DNA of 64,000 nt from Azolla caroliniana (taxonomy: Eukaryota; Plantae; Polypodiophyta). The translations under genes and the position numbers were made by a program. The notes beneath the pieces are model-generated. The model did no database searches and had not been told where the DNA came from. It was given only the letters and a program-made list of their open reading frames with translations. The stretch is from the NCBI GenBank assembly GCA_043228905.1, contig JBHGNT010000008.1, positions 4,278,001 to 4,342,000 on the forward strand, in the 5' to 3' direction. Positions 36,351 through 51,057 of the stretch are shown one piece after another; the first letter of the stretch is position 1, and the number at the start of each line of letters is the position of its first letter.

Positions 36351-39300
36351 AATCTGAAATATCCGTTCGTGATCCTCGTGATGAAGGCTTTGTTCCGATG
36401 TGTTAAGTTTTCGGCAAGACGACTAGATGACATGCTAAATGTCAGTTTTGTTCTCTTGAGCTTGCAATGTTGTGCCAAGAATTTCGACGCACTCCTTGCT
36501 TGAACACGATTAGTTTAAAGAAGTATTTGCACAAGTTTATTGAAATTTAGATTATATTAGAAAAGTATTATAGGTAATAATCAATGTGCATGAGCGTGTA
36601 AATACAACAAGAAAATCCTCGGCTCAGTTACATGGAGTGATGGAGTGATAAAAAAGAAAATATCATAGGTAGATAGGAATATATGGAGAAAGAAAAATCA
36701 CGACGGGAACTTCATGGGTAGATCCTCTTGATTCATAACCTTAGTTCTCCCTCTTGATTTTGGTAGTGCCTTTGCCTTGTCTCTAACTTCCCCCCTTAAC
36801 AAAAGCTCTCCTCACCCTTTTATAGGATTTAAGAGGCTCTCTTGTGAATAAAATTAGTGGGTGTTTTATTTTCTGCATGCACTATGCTCTTTTTTCCCAC
36901 TTGCATGCTCTACTTTCCCATTGACACACGTTACTTTTCCTCTAGTGCATGGTGCTAAAAAAAGCTCTTTATAATGTTTCCCATTCCATTCATTCACTTA
37001 CTCTAGTATGCTTCAACTAAGACTCAAATCTCTAACCTACAACTCATAGCACAACCTCTTACCAATTGAGCTAAGACTTAGTGTAGGCATCAACTCAATG
37101 CTAGACCAACTCTAAATCAATTTTCATGCGTTTATGGTAGGATAATCGGAAGTTAGTTATTCTAAGAATTGAGACAAACCTAGTGGACTAGCTACAGGGG
37201 ACTAGAGACCCCTTTCATTCAAACATCTTGAGACACCATTGACACTCCGATGAGGCTAATGGCTCTTTTTTCGAATTCGTTATTCAATTATCAAGGTAAA
37301 ACACAAGGAAACATTTAGTGGTATGGAACACCAATGGTACATTATGTTTGTCTCATGTCCTTCTCTTGGGGGTGGTAGGTGTGGTTAAACACCCTTAATC
37401 CATTCTTTTTCTTAATCGCTTATTATATTGCAACATTAGTTAAATCCATAACAATATGTTAAAAGCAAGCAAGATAGGCATACAAACTCTATGATCAAAT
37501 TGGAATTTGATGCAATTCTATCAATATGTGGGATTTTACCAAAGTTCTACATACTTTAGATGGATAATATATTATATTATGTAAGCATTTGTAGGTGTTG
37601 ATTAGACAAAGAACTCAATGAGTAGTGAGACAGAATGCCATTTCTTGAGAGAGTGAATCCACTCCAAGACATTTAACAAATTCGAGAATTGAAAATTAGA
37701 TGGTAACTTTGAAATATATTGGTGAATAGAGAAGCAAGTGTGACAAAAGCATGTAGATGAAACGAAATGATATCGAAGTTTGAGCACTCAAATGATGTTA
37801 GAGCCAACAAAAATATAACCCACAAATTTAGAAATTGAAAGATGCAAGAGTTCACCATAGAAGGGATGAAATGGATTTCAAATCTTAGGGTGCGTGTTAA
37901 GAGTGAACAATAGCCAATCACCATCACACTTATAACCAACAAAATGGAATATGCATTTATTATGTAGATGATTTAGTCATGGGTGTAGCCGAAATATTGT
38001 ATGCAGGGAACCTTAGAAAGGGCTTTAGAGTTCATCTTTACCTCACTTCCTGAGTGGAATTTGTATATTATCACTTACGAGCACATGAACTATAATTGTT
38101 GAAGTATCATATCATATTGTAATTTGTAACCATGTTGAGGTGATAATCTAACATAAATACTTTATTTCTTGCTCTTTCTATTGTGCACTCTATTTCGAGT
38201 ATTTATTTTTGTGGCTCATACATTTTCCACATAATCTAACATCATTATATGCTATGCAAGTTGATGAAGGCACAATATCGCTTGAAATAGCATATAGATA
38301 GTTGTACAAGAACATTGATTGAGGAACCAAATGATTTTCAATGATGTTTTTATTTTTACACTACCTTGCCCACTTTGATAGGCTTAGCTTGATGTCTTTA
38401 TATGGTATCCTACCAAAAATGAGTTCCAAAGGCATTAAAATATGGAAGCATTTACTAATATGGTGTGGAGTAAAGGGCTGAACAATGTAATGATTTCCTT
38501 CTAGATTCGAATATGAGCCGTAAAAAAAGATATTTTATATGAGTAGTTCAATGTTTTAGCTATCATGACACATCATATTCTTTGGTTCTTGACTTCTTCT
38601 AGCTTATGATAGTTAGTTGCCATCATTATTAGGGGCAAGTATCAATATGACACCGTGTATTAGGGTAAATATTGTCAACACCTTTAGTATTTTTTGAAAT
38701 CTCATGTTGTGCCCTTAGTAAGAGAAGTAGATATATCCATATCCTTTGTCCAATATTTTAATATATGTATTAGTGTCCACTTTTAGACCAAGCACATATG
38801 ATGATGTTCAAATACAAAGAGACTTATAGTATTACTAATAGGAGATCTAACACTGACATTTTGCCTTATAGGTTATGAATATATGAGTTTGCCTAGGTTT
38901 TGGTTTGTATAGTTAATACAACACTAGTAATTTGGTGGCGCCTTAAGAAAGTTTATTCCTGGGTGTTGTACTATTTACACTAGTTTGATTGTTACTATGG
39001 TAGTAGCAATGTGGTGATTCCATAAGTGTCTTTATTCTCTTCTTTGGTAGTATTTACATAGATTTGATAATGTGTTAGAGCTCATTGTCTTAGAAGGAGG
39101 ATGGATATATTTTGCAAATATTTAATTTGATAACACGACGAAGTTCTATTATCTATACATTATAACATTGAATATGATGACATTTGATTTACTTCATGTA
39201 CATATTTGTTAGTGCATCATTAACTTCCACATTATAATTAAGACATGCTTAACTTATTTTATTGTGTTTTGAATGTGTTTATATAGGGGATCCTTCAAAT

Positions 39301-40472
39301 TGGGCAACTCTATTACAAATTTGGAGCGTTTCATTTCTGTAAACATTTTTGTGCCACACTACATAACATTACATAAGATGATGTTCTTTTTGACTCACGA
39401 ACTAGTAAGTAGTTGCTTGAGAAAAATAAATATGATTTTATTATTCTTTTATATAGAGACTTTATTACCTTTCTCCACCCTAGGGCCTAAAGATGTTTAA
39501 AAGTAATGGCCATTTTGACTTCATGATTTTAGTATAGAATTTACACATAAATGATGTAACCTATATCAAAGCTCGTCAATTGTTCTCTTATTCAACTAGT
39601 ACAACATAAGCTCCTTACATGATTATCATTTCAAAGATTGTACATGCACAATGAGCTCAAAATTGAATAATGTAAGATTATCATTGAATCCATTATGCAC
39701 TATAGTAGAATGTTTCTACTGTGGTAGATAAAATCATTTTTTGGATTTTTTTACGAGCGTCCCCAGAGATAAACTGTTAGTTTTATCTTGCCCATCATTT
39801 TATTCTTTTCTTAAAGAAGTCAATAAATTAAACACATAAAGTTTATACGTTTTGTGGGCCAACATGAACATAAAGTCAAACATAGAAAATTAGGGAAAAC
39901 TAGATGTGTTGGTCGAACATGGAATTTATCCATGTCAAGTTCTTGAAATTGGCTCCGACGTATGCCAATGGGTCTTTCTTGAATAGTTTTTGTTAGAAAG
40001 TGTGCCAAGTGGTATTTGTTAGAAAGTGTGTCATCGAAGGTGTACTCCAACAATGAAATGACAATAAACAATGCCAATGGAATAATTGCTCACTTGGAAC
40101 GGGCCATTAGAAGAATTGATGGGCAAACAATAAAGAAAATGATTTTTATTATATAACATATTACAACCTATTGATAGAAAGTCAATGAATACCTTGGTTT
40201 AATCCTACATTCACATTTTCTCTTTGCTAAGCTTCCACAAATAGGAAATTCCTACTTTTCACAAGTAATTATGCCTTTTCTCCATATATTATAAATGATT
40301 CCTTGATGAAGATGGATCACATTAGATGAGGCGCAAAAGGAATAGAAAACAGAAATGTTTAGTAAGGCCTTTTCGCGACATGGAAGAGTGGAGTTCAAAG
40401 GAGTTGTGTAACAACATTTCAAATTTGGAAAAATATCATGAATGCCAATCTCAAATGTCAAGAATGATAGGA

Positions 40473-40838
40473 GATAGACACTATGTGTGTAGGTGATATA
40501 TGTATGTATTGTCAAATCCTCTTAAGTAAAACAAAGTACCAATTAAACGCTCCTACATGTACTAAGGTCTCACCCATCCAAGCGTTCAAATCTAGTTGTT
40601 AAAAGTCCTAGAATTTCTTGGTTTAATTGGACCGTCATTGATTGGTTTAGCTCAAATAGACACTATGTGTGTAGGTGATATATGTATGTATTGTCAAATC
40701 CTCTTAAGTAAAACAAAGTACCAATTAAACACTCCTACATGTACTAAGGTCTCACCCATCCAAGCGTTCAAATCTAGTTGTCAAAAGTCCTAGAATTTCT
40801 TGGTTTAATTTGACCGTCATTGATTGGTTTAGCTCAAA
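40473..40838. repeat. Recent 183-bp tandem duplication
   Basis: 40473-40655 and 40656-40838 are nearly identical. Confidence 0.92.
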
Positions 40839-41394
40839 TCCTTATGTAAAGATGCCCCCGAGGAGAAGAAACTCTGGGATAAGATATATGTTCTCAAGAG
40901 GCAAAACAAGGAGACAACAAGTTTTGTTTGTGAAAATTGATATCATTTGCATCACTTCTAATGTGGCGAATGACATCATTTGAAATTACAGATCCCTAAT
41001 ATCGCGAGGTTGTGATGCCTTCATGGTTTGATAAATTTGGAGACCAAGGAACTCATGTGTGATGAATGCGCATGGGTGTTTGTTGAGACTATCTAACATG
41101 AAAGCTTGAATGTACATTGGTCGGCTCACCTCAGGGCCCAAACTATAGGGGAAATCTTTGACGTACACATGGTGCACACCTTTTTATGTCAAAAAAGTAA
41201 GTTAGACAAAAGCATTTGATCTAGGGTGTACAAGTATAATACAAGAAGGTAGATGAATGGGATCACGAAAACAGGAGGAACCACGTTGTACACAATACCC
41301 TATGATAAACTACTAAACTTTCATTGGGAGGAGGAAGAAGATCGATATATTTAATTTATATGGATCTCTCTAACATGGAGGAAGAATATATTAC

Positions 41395-41425
<31 letters not shown>

Positions 41426-41509
41426 GCTCGCTCTCTTTCTCTAGAAATAACCATTAGCAAAGGCCATTAAGCCTTTTGAGCTCTAGTTTGTTCTATAGCG
41501 TAAGGCATC

Positions 41510-44500
41510 ATGCAACATCAATTACAAATGATGGAGGTCTTAACAAGTAGCACGTCAAGAAGAAAATCATCATCATCATTAATGTTTTCCTTCTTCAATT
41601 TCCATATTATCACCAACCTTAGCTTCAGTGTCTTCTCTTTACTTCTGATTTTCAATGTTAATATGGGAGGATGTGAAGGTGCATATTCCCCTAGCTCTAT
41701 CGTGTGGGAAAGGGGTCATGCAACTTTCTATGGTGGTAGTGATGCATCAGGCACAATGGGTTAGTAGTGTGAAGCCGATTTCTCAACTAGAACTTATGTT
41801 TTGTTTTTATCATCATTAACTTCCTTAGACCTTAAATTTCAATCTTCTTTTAACTTTTTATCAAGGCAATTGTTGCTTGAAATTCTTTTCTTTGTTCACA
41901 TAGATCAACTTAGAACTCATGATTAACTTCCTTAGACCTTAAATTTCAATCTTCTTTTAACTTTTTAATAGGGCAAGTGTTGCATCAAATTCTTTTCTTT
42001 GTTCACATAGATCAACTTTTGTTTATGTTCACACTTTCTTTTGATTCGCCTTTATTTGATATTAAGATCATTTTCTTTTTGTTATTGAGCTTAATTTTGT
42101 TAGCATTGTTGGAAACTTAATTGAGGTTGGTTTCCATTCCATTATCAACTTTATTTGTTAATGATGATGTCAATACACTTAGCTTAAATCTTGTTGATAT
42201 GAAGCTTCATTTAGTTATACAATTTATCTTAATCTTAATAGTGTTTTTAGCCTAGCTTACTTTACTTTATAATGTTTCAAGCCTAACATTCTTTTATTAG
42301 TTTTCTTCTTTTTATCAATCTTAATATTAATTTTTACTAATTGACTTAATGTTGTTAATATTGATGCTTATTAATTTAGTTTCATCTCATTATCTATTTG
42401 AATGGACCTCAATCGTTATGTCCATTAGCAACTTTATTGTATTTACTTTTGTTAATATTGTAGGTTCGATTTGTAATACCATAATTAAGAGTGATTAAGG
42501 TAAGGTGTTAAGTGCAAAGCACAATGTGATGCATGTGCCTTGTTTATGAAGTGTGTCTGCGTGTGTGTTGCTTGTGAAGTGTGTACGTATGTGTGTGTGT
42601 GTGTGTGTGTGGTTGTGGTTGTGGTTGTGGTTGAGTGTGTAATACTCTTTAGGTTGTAAAGTATCATACTCCATGGTGCAATATTCATTCTCGAAGTTCC
42701 AAGTATTGTAAGGAGGTAGCCTCCTTGAATTGCTCGAGTCTTTTCGACATGTCATCTTTCCCCATGTTCTTGTCTGCAAACTCATATGCCAACTAGCGAC
42801 ACATATAACTAGTGGGACGTAAACATAGGTAGGACTAGATATATAATTGTCAATTGCATGCATAAACATAAAATAATTTTCAATGTCAATGGCTCACATG
42901 CTCATTGTAAGTATTGAATCTACAAGTTACTTGGAAACTTGTACCTAGCAATGAACACGGCTATAAAGTCTAGTTTGAATATTTGATTCCTATAGAGAAT
43001 GATCACTTTAGATCGATTGATTTTTCTAAAATTGTCTTTGAAATTTGATTCGCAATTGGAAGTCATTTAATAGCCATTTTATTGGTTATTCTTGGTTGCC
43101 CATGTGCCCCACACCTAATCACATACAAGGGAGAGGATAACAATCGCCTTGGAGGTCCATCTTCAAAACCATGATTGTCACATGGTAAAATATTGAGGAG
43201 CTTGGGAGAATATTTGTTAGGAGTAAGTCACGTCATGGGGTCATGACTCATAACGAACCTCGTAAGGCGTAAAACTCGAGAATAAATGGCTCTTGCATTC
43301 GGCCATGTGGTTACTATGTTCTAACTTCTAAACGACATACAAATGAGGTTTTGCTTCTATATAATAACAATAATCAAACAACCATATGAGCACAATTGTA
43401 GTTCACTTAGTGATGCAATCTTTGTCTCTCGAGCATTTCATGAGTGCTTGTTTGTAAAATTATAAAGAAATTCCTTGCCTACAATGCCTAGGGAAACCCA
43501 TGAATACTTTTAACACCACAACACAAATGTGAGCTAGATCTATGCATAAAATGCCACATTTTGTTGGGGTTGACTTTAAAATTAGAAGTCTCAATGAGTT
43601 TTCAATCATCATCCCTTACACAAGAGGGTCCACTTGTTTTAAATCGGCATAAAGTGGAAGTATCATTACAAGTGGTCTAATATTAATACCAAAGCATTAA
43701 AAGTTAGTTTTTTTTCATCAAATCATAAATGATTGAAGAACCAATGCTTCACTTTTTTCAAATATGTAGGAGGTTCGTGTGGATATGGAAACTTGTATAG
43801 CACAGGGTATGGCACATCAACAACAGCATTAAGTGCATCACTATATCAAGGTGGTCTTGCATGTGGTGCGTGTTTTCTATTGCGATGTTATGGGGCGAAT
43901 GCCGGATGTAGAGGTCGTGGTATTGTTGTGACGGCCACCAACTTTTGCCCAACAGGAAGCTTGGGTGGGTGGTGTGATCCACCACGTGTGCACTTTGATC
44001 TAGCGGAGCCAGCCTTTGTCCAAATAGCCTCGCCTGTTGCTGGTGTTGTCCCGGTCAAATTTCGAAGGTTTGTTCTGTGTTTATAAAACATTTGCCCTTC
44101 TTAAGTACAAATTTGGAAATCTACTAAACTATAGATACGTATATATACAACTTAAATTTGGTATTACCCTTTTTTCATTGAGTATGAATACATGAGAAGA
44201 TTGAGGTACAAGCTAATGGTTCACAAGAAATTGTAAGTGTAGCTTTGAAATTTAAGGTATGTAATATGTTAATACATTTTGAAATCCTTTTAAAGCCTAG
44301 ATAAACATTGCACAATATTTTATCAAGCCGACCAACTTCCCAAGGATTACTATGGCCATAGCAATGTCCTAAGCTCCCTTAATTTGTTAGTTTTCGTACT
44401 CATCATTCTTTATTGCAAAAGTGCATAAAGTGCCCTTGTATCCCGTAGTTAGGATGTTTTAACAAGTCAAGAAGAGTAATTTTGCTTGTGTGTTTTGTAT

Positions 44501-45123
44501 ATATTATCACACAAACACTTGTGAAATTGGATGAAACATTCAGGAAGTTGGCATAAAATAAAGTTTAGACAAAACTCCAAACAAGAATACAATATTACAC
44601 ACACACACACACACACATTATAGTAGTTCATGGTCTTATATGACGCAAGTTCCTTTTCAATAACATTCAAACCTATGCAAATTAGTATGCATAATTCATG
44701 TTGAGGTTCAATCACATGGGGTTTACCAAGTATAGAAGTTTACATGTAAATCCTATTTCTTAACATTTCCATTGCTAGCAATGGCAGTAGCTTATAATCT
44801 GGTGGTGATGTTATAGGGTGAAGTGCCACAAGAGCGGTGGAATTAAATTCACAATAAATGGCAATAGAAACTTCAATTTGATTCTAGTGACAAATGTGGG
44901 TGGAGCAGGGGATGTGACATCAGTGCGTGTGAAAGGTTCCAATACAGGTTGGATAACACTCAATAGGAATTGGGGTCAAAACTGGCAAACGAATACAATG
45001 TTGGTTGGACAAAGCTTATCATTTGTGGTGGTAACTAGTGATGGAGCCTCATGTGTATCATTCAATGTGGCCGGTGCCAATTGGCAATTTGGCCAAACCT
45101 ACGTCGGCAAACAATTCCCCTAA
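41510..45123 (+). CDS. EXPA: Alpha-expansin (EXPA), 3 exons
   Basis: Exons 41510-41759, 43770-44067 and 44817-45123 with GT-AG introns in phases 1 and 2. Motifs [65 protein letters not shown]. Start Met uncertain because several ATGs precede the hydrophobic signal segment. Confidence 0.95.
41815..42018. repeat. ~107-bp tandem duplication in EXPA intron 1
   Basis: ATTAACTTCCTTAGACCTTAAATTTCAATC...GTTCACATAGATCAACTT occurs twice. Confidence 0.85.
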
Positions 45124-47411
45124 TGCTCTCAAAAGGTCCACACATGCGCATACACACCCGCTCATGCATTCTCTATCATCCAATTCACATGCACATGCAT
45201 TTTACCTAGTTTGTTGCATTGAATATAAGTTTACACATACTCTCTTGTCTTCTCACATGATTTTCGTACCTCGCACATATGTAATCACATCTCCAGAATT
45301 TCAATGATTATCAATCCCTCCTTCCATTGCACACACTTTCCAACCACTTTCACCCCACACACTTAAGAAGCATTCGCTTCGCTCTCCAACTTCCAACCAC
45401 TTCCAATCCACATAAAAAAAATCCAACATCTAAATATATACTCCTTTAAGAACCATGTACAATTACTCGGTTTGTATAAAACAACATTGTGGCACATGTA
45501 TTATTTGTCACTCGCTTTTCCATATGCAAGCAAACAAATTACCTTATTCTTTCAATGGAAATAATAGGACACGTCAACAATGATGTGTAAGACTTATCCA
45601 TTAAATATTGTCCGAGGGGTTTGTTTTTCCTTGGCGAATGGTTTTATTTGAATTTAGTTTAATATCTTCAAATATAATGGCAAGGATGTAGAATCTCAAG
45701 AGCTACATTATTATCATTTGCAATTGTCTCTTGCCTAATAAAGAAAACTTTCTTAACAAAAATACCATGATAGAATGTAGGTATGGATAGCACTATCATT
45801 AATTTTAACCATCATAACATGCATTTTGAACTAAATGAGAAGAATAAAGGCTTACACAATTCACATATTAAGTTAGCATGCACACGAAATAACAGTAGTG
45901 GGTTAAGATTGAATCCTTGGTAGTACAAATCTAAAAGGAAAATTTATGTTGAAGGTTCCAATTGTTCACAGATTGATATATTCAAACATTAAATTTGTGC
46001 GCAATCCTCTTGTACAACTATTGACGAACAAGTTCTCTTGGGAATGTCTCTTTCTGCAAACTGTTTACCTAATTGCCAACGACAATTACCCCACAAACAT
46101 TGTTGATTTTATAAAGAAGCATATGGATAGTTGTTCAATCAACAAAGTATTTCTTGCATCCAGGCTTTTATTTACTATCTGATATGCCAATGTTTACACA
46201 CCTCTCATGCAACTGATTGTAGCACAATTGCCAATTCCTCATTCAAGATGTAAGATCTATCCAACAAGCTATGCAAACACAACGAACACCTAAGAACACT
46301 TGAAACAGCAAATCCTAAGGGCAAATTGGAAACATATATATTGTACAAACATTTGATACACATTAATGACACAAACTACCACATTTTTATGCTTTTTGCA
46401 GACAGGCAAACATTTGACAACATTTGGCATGGGCATGCAAGGTCTGCAGTTGAAATTGATGACCAATCGAGGTCCGCAATCATGGGTTCGAAGAAATCTG
46501 AGATGTCTTTTGTTATGATAAGCATACAGTCTGATGTTAGAAAAAGAATCCGAAGTCGATTGATGGAAAAAGAGAAAGAGAAAGAGAAAAAAGGACATAT
46601 GGGTTAAGTATGGTTTATCGGATTTCAAAAGCTTGGCAGTAGATGAAAATGAACATGTCCGAATTTTGCTCGATGTTCAAGATTACTCTGCAATAAAGCA
46701 TTGCTATGAAGTGACTGAGAAATGCAAACGATGCAAGCAACTACCACACCATTATATGATAGGTTCCTTAAAAGGGCTAATGAAGATAAGCAAATGGGTG
46801 GAGTTTAGCCCTTGGCATGTACATATATAGAAGAGAGAAAAGTAGAGTAATCAAACCCCTCTTTTCTGCAAAAGAAACCATTGTATCCATTCAAGGTCAT
46901 GCCAAGCTCCGAAATCCACAGGAGTTCAGATAGTCTATAAATAAAACACAAGCACACTCGCCTGAGCTCAAAGAACTTTTAGTCAAAACCTGTCCATAAC
47001 ATATGAGTAATGGCCACCCATAGTAGGGAGGTGCCATATTTTCTTCTCAATTGAATCTGATTTGTTTAATCGGACTATCTTTTCATCAGGGAAATAGAAA
47101 GAGATTTCATTGTAATCTGAGTCCGAGTTCAAGACAGAGGTTGCATCCTGAAGCTTCAAAAAAAGAACTTGGAAACTTCCATCGAGATTATGCGTGAAGC
47201 ATAAATAAAACGATAAAAACCCCCAGACGGTATTCAGAAAACATAAATATTCTAAACAGAATAATCACATAGCTTAGACCAAGGTTAAAATTACAGCTTC
47301 CACCCTTATTGTTCAGATAGTAAGTGTCTCTCAAAGAAACATACTTAAAAACACACTTATGCTTACAACTCAAAAAACCATTCAATAATAGACGGAAGTT
47401 AAAAATGAAGT

Positions 47412-50400
47412 TTACACATGAGACCTTAGAACTTTAGCTGAAGCCCGACGCAACAAGGAGCGAGAACGGCCACCTGAAGGAGGAGCATTCACAACCGAAC
47501 CCGAAGGGGGTCCTAGCAAAGGTGCCCTTGTTTGAGACAAAGTAACCATATCAACCATTGATGGAGTTTGGTAATCATGCATAAACCCATCCACAGAGTC
47601 ACCTCTAGTGGTCGCTCTTTGCCTCAAATGAGAGCTCTGGGCAGATAAAAGATATGCTCGGCCCGACCTTTCATACATATGCCGATTCACCATCCTCTCT
47701 TGTATGGCACTCAGCTCAGAATCCAACACATTACAGAGGTGATCTCCAGCTATTGCCGAAAGAGAATTCTCAAGCATAGTTCTTGCATTTTGTAAGCCAC
47801 TTTGTGCGGCCTCGATGTCACCTTGATCGGCTAATGACCGTGCCTCGGCTATGGCTTGAGCCGTTTTAAGTCTATTTCGTTGTCTGTCCACTTGAAGGCT
47901 CACAACAATTTCTTCTCTGGGTTCAGATCCCGAAGGTCGGTTTATACACAACTCTTCAGCCACTTCCTCGTTCGTCTTTTGCGTGAGCGTGTCCTTGTAT
48001 ATACAACTCGCTCTCATCAATGGCATAAAAAGCTCTCCTTGCAAGGGGATAAAAGTGGGTAAAGTCACATCTACCAACACATCCCTTTCTTCCTCGGCAT
48101 ATAAATCACCTAGCTTAACTACACCATTTCTAGTGTCATCAAGAATGGTGCTCTCGTAGCTTCCAGCATGTATGCCATTGATTCGCACTCCCAAAGCAGA
48201 GCAAGCTAAAGTCAATTGTACATCTTGAGCCACCACACTAAGCAGGCCACCAATACATTGAGCAAAGGCATCTTGGACTGCCTCCTCAGCTTGAATAAAA
48301 GAGAAAGTACCCCCAGAAACCTCTGCTATGCTATGCATTGTGGCAGCATCATGATCTGATCCAAAGCCAAAAGTATGCACTGGGATCTGTACTTGCCCTG
48401 TACTATTGTTATTCCTGATCGAGCGTGGAACTAACCTTCTTGAATCGGCAACTACTCGTGCCGTTGGGAGAAGTGGTAATTGTCTCCTTGTGCTCATACT
48501 GTAAGTATCTTGCCCATCTGAAAGAAGCATGATAGAAGCAACTGGGTTTCTTTCTTTACGATCCTCTAACACTTTCACACCTTTTCGGAGGCCTTCGGCG
48601 ATATTCGTTCCTCCAGTAGCTATAAGTCCATCCAAAGCTTGTAGTAGTTGAGATTGCCCTTCTTCTCCCATCTTTCTCAATGGAAAGATTCTTTTCGCTG
48701 TGGATGAGAACACGACCACTGAGAGGCGGTCAGTTGAGCTCAAATTCCGCACTACAAAGGCCATAGCTTGTTTTAGAAGTGTTAGTTTCCTTCCAGCCAT
48801 GCTCCCACTCACATCCAGGACAGCAACAAGATCAATAGGAGCTCGAGAAGACCTCGAAATGTGTGTCTCATCCCTTGCAATAGTACCATTGGTTTGCGCT
48901 GGGGGAGCTTTCAAATGTATCAGTATCATGAAGTTCTCACGAGATTCACTTGCCAAAACAGCTGATACCTCAGTATAGGCTTTTATACTCACACTCTCAT
49001 CATGAGAACCTTCAGTGCTAGAGCTAGTACTAGGGCCAGTGCCAATGCCAATGGGCAATTGATGAACCTCAGATGAGGAGGAAGCATCAACAATTAGAGG
49101 CTCATCATCATTGTAAATGTCTGGCTCTCCAGGATGGGATAAAGCACTATCATCAAACAACTGAAGAGATAGGTTTGTCCTCCTCCGACTCTCTTCTCGA
49201 CCATTCGCAGGGTCAGCATTCCTCAAATCTGACATTAAGTATGGGAAGGCAGACGGAGCTCTTCTGTGAGAACTACTTCTACTTCTTTGCCACTTTGAGG
49301 TATCAATCCCAGCTTGCCATGGCACATCCTTCCACTTTGCACGACACACAGGGCATACTTGATTTCCATATCGGACATTCGACACAATGCAAGAGAAGTG
49401 GAATGTGTGCGAGCACTCTGCTGTGAAAAGGGCTTGGCCACACCCGGGTTTCATCGTCTCCAAGCATATCGAACAAGTACTCTGCCAAATAGAAAACCAG
49501 ATAACAATTAATTTCAGAATTAAATTTTGGAATCCATTTCATGTAGAGAAGAGCCCCAGATTCCCCCCTTTTGTGGCAGCAAGGTTTCATGTGCCTACTA
49601 CCCACATCTTGCAGGGGCAAGGGAGAATTTCTAGACATTTAGCTCTGCAGTAAAAGCCTATTTGAATTCAGGTATATATGTATGAGCTTCTGCTGATGAG
49701 AAGGAACATATCTAGCTCTAGATGTGTTGGAACTTTAGAAAAATGTCCCATTAGGTCTTTGAAAGATTCCCAATTCTCATGTTCCCATTTCCACAACTGT
49801 TCCACAAAAGGAGCTTCCTAGATTGGTGTAATGGAGGGAAGAGTGCCAAAATACCAATGGATTCATCATGGAAAAAAGCATTTGAAACTTCATATCGAAC
49901 ATAAAAAGCACATCTGAGAGAGCTGAATACAGAATGGATCAAAAGGGGGAGGGGGAAAATGATTAAAACTTCAGAGGAAACATGTAACACCAGCACAAAA
50001 ACATACTCGAGAGAATTTGAAGAATCAATGGAATCATAGAAGAATAGATGTCACAAAAACTTCATAGAAACATACTCAAGAGAATTCGAAGAATCAATGG
50101 AATGATAGAAGAATATATGTCACAAAAAAACTTCATAGAAACATACCAACAGGGAATTCGAAGAATCAATGGAAGCATAGAAGAATAGATGTCACTAAAA
50201 ACTTCATATAAACATACCGCAGAGAGCTGGAAAGCTATGGAATGAATCAAAAGAACTGAATAGATGTCACAAAAACTTCATAGAAACATACTCGAGAGAA
50301 TTCAAAGAATCAATGGAATGATAGAAGAATATATGTCACAAAAAAACTTCATAGAAACATACCAATAGGGAATTCGAAGAATCAATGGAAGCATAGAAGA

Positions 50401-50937
50401 ATAGATGTCACAAAAAAACTTCATATAAACATACCGCAGAGAGCTGAAACGCTATGGAATGAATCAAAAGAACTCTTATAAAGAAAGGCATACCTGAGAA
50501 ATCCAGCCACAAGTTGGAGAACATTGTGGGGTAAATGTCTAAAAGAAAAACTATTAGAGAACATGTAGAAATATACACCATAGGAGACATACCCGACAGA
50601 GCCGAATGCCGGCCGATTTCCCTTCATTACTAGATGTCGTAGTAGTAATCGGACCTGAGAAGCTCAAAGAAGGTGCTCCTTGTCTCTGGATATGGACTAC
50701 TTCTTCATTCTCCACAACAATTGGCTCGGTGTTCGATCGAGAGAACACTGCTTTCCTTCCTCCTCTACCCCTTCCTCCTCTCTCGCTACTTTCCCCTCCA
50801 CGTGCCGCTCCTCCATCTGCTCCATCTTCTCCTTTGTCTTCGATTCGAGTCCTATACCTATCTTCATCATCGGAAGGGTTGAGAGGGGAGATGATGCACA
50901 CTCTTTTGCTGACGAATTTCTTCCATTTACTCCACAT
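47412..50937 (-). CDS. WAV3/WAVH-like RING-H2 plus von Willebrand A domain E3 ubiquitin ligase (~804 aa), 2 exons
   Basis: Exon 1 50593-50937 (donor CGG|GTATGT) and exon 2 47412-49481 (acceptor GGCAG|). RING-H2 CSICLE...AECSHTFHFSC...CPVCR, vWA IDLVAVLDVSGSM...LLSDGQD...HTFGFG, C-terminal HLRQRATTRG. Confidence 0.92.
49995..50475. repeat. Intronic ~69-bp tandem repeat with a higher-order ~216-bp duplication
   Basis: AAACATAC..GAGAATTCGAAGAATCAATGGAA..ATAGAAGAATA(G/T)ATGTCACAAAAACTTCATA repeated about 7 times. Confidence 0.85.
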
Positions 50938-50962
50938 TTCTGGTCTCTAGAAGTGTTTATGC

Positions 50963-50966
<4 letters not shown>

Positions 50967-51023
<57 letters not shown>

Positions 51024-51057
51024 CAGAGACAAAGACAGAGACAAAGACAGAGACAGA
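50967..51057. repeat. (GA)n and (AGAC) microsatellite just upstream of the E3-ligase start codon
   Basis: Read directly from the sequence. Confidence 0.9.
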
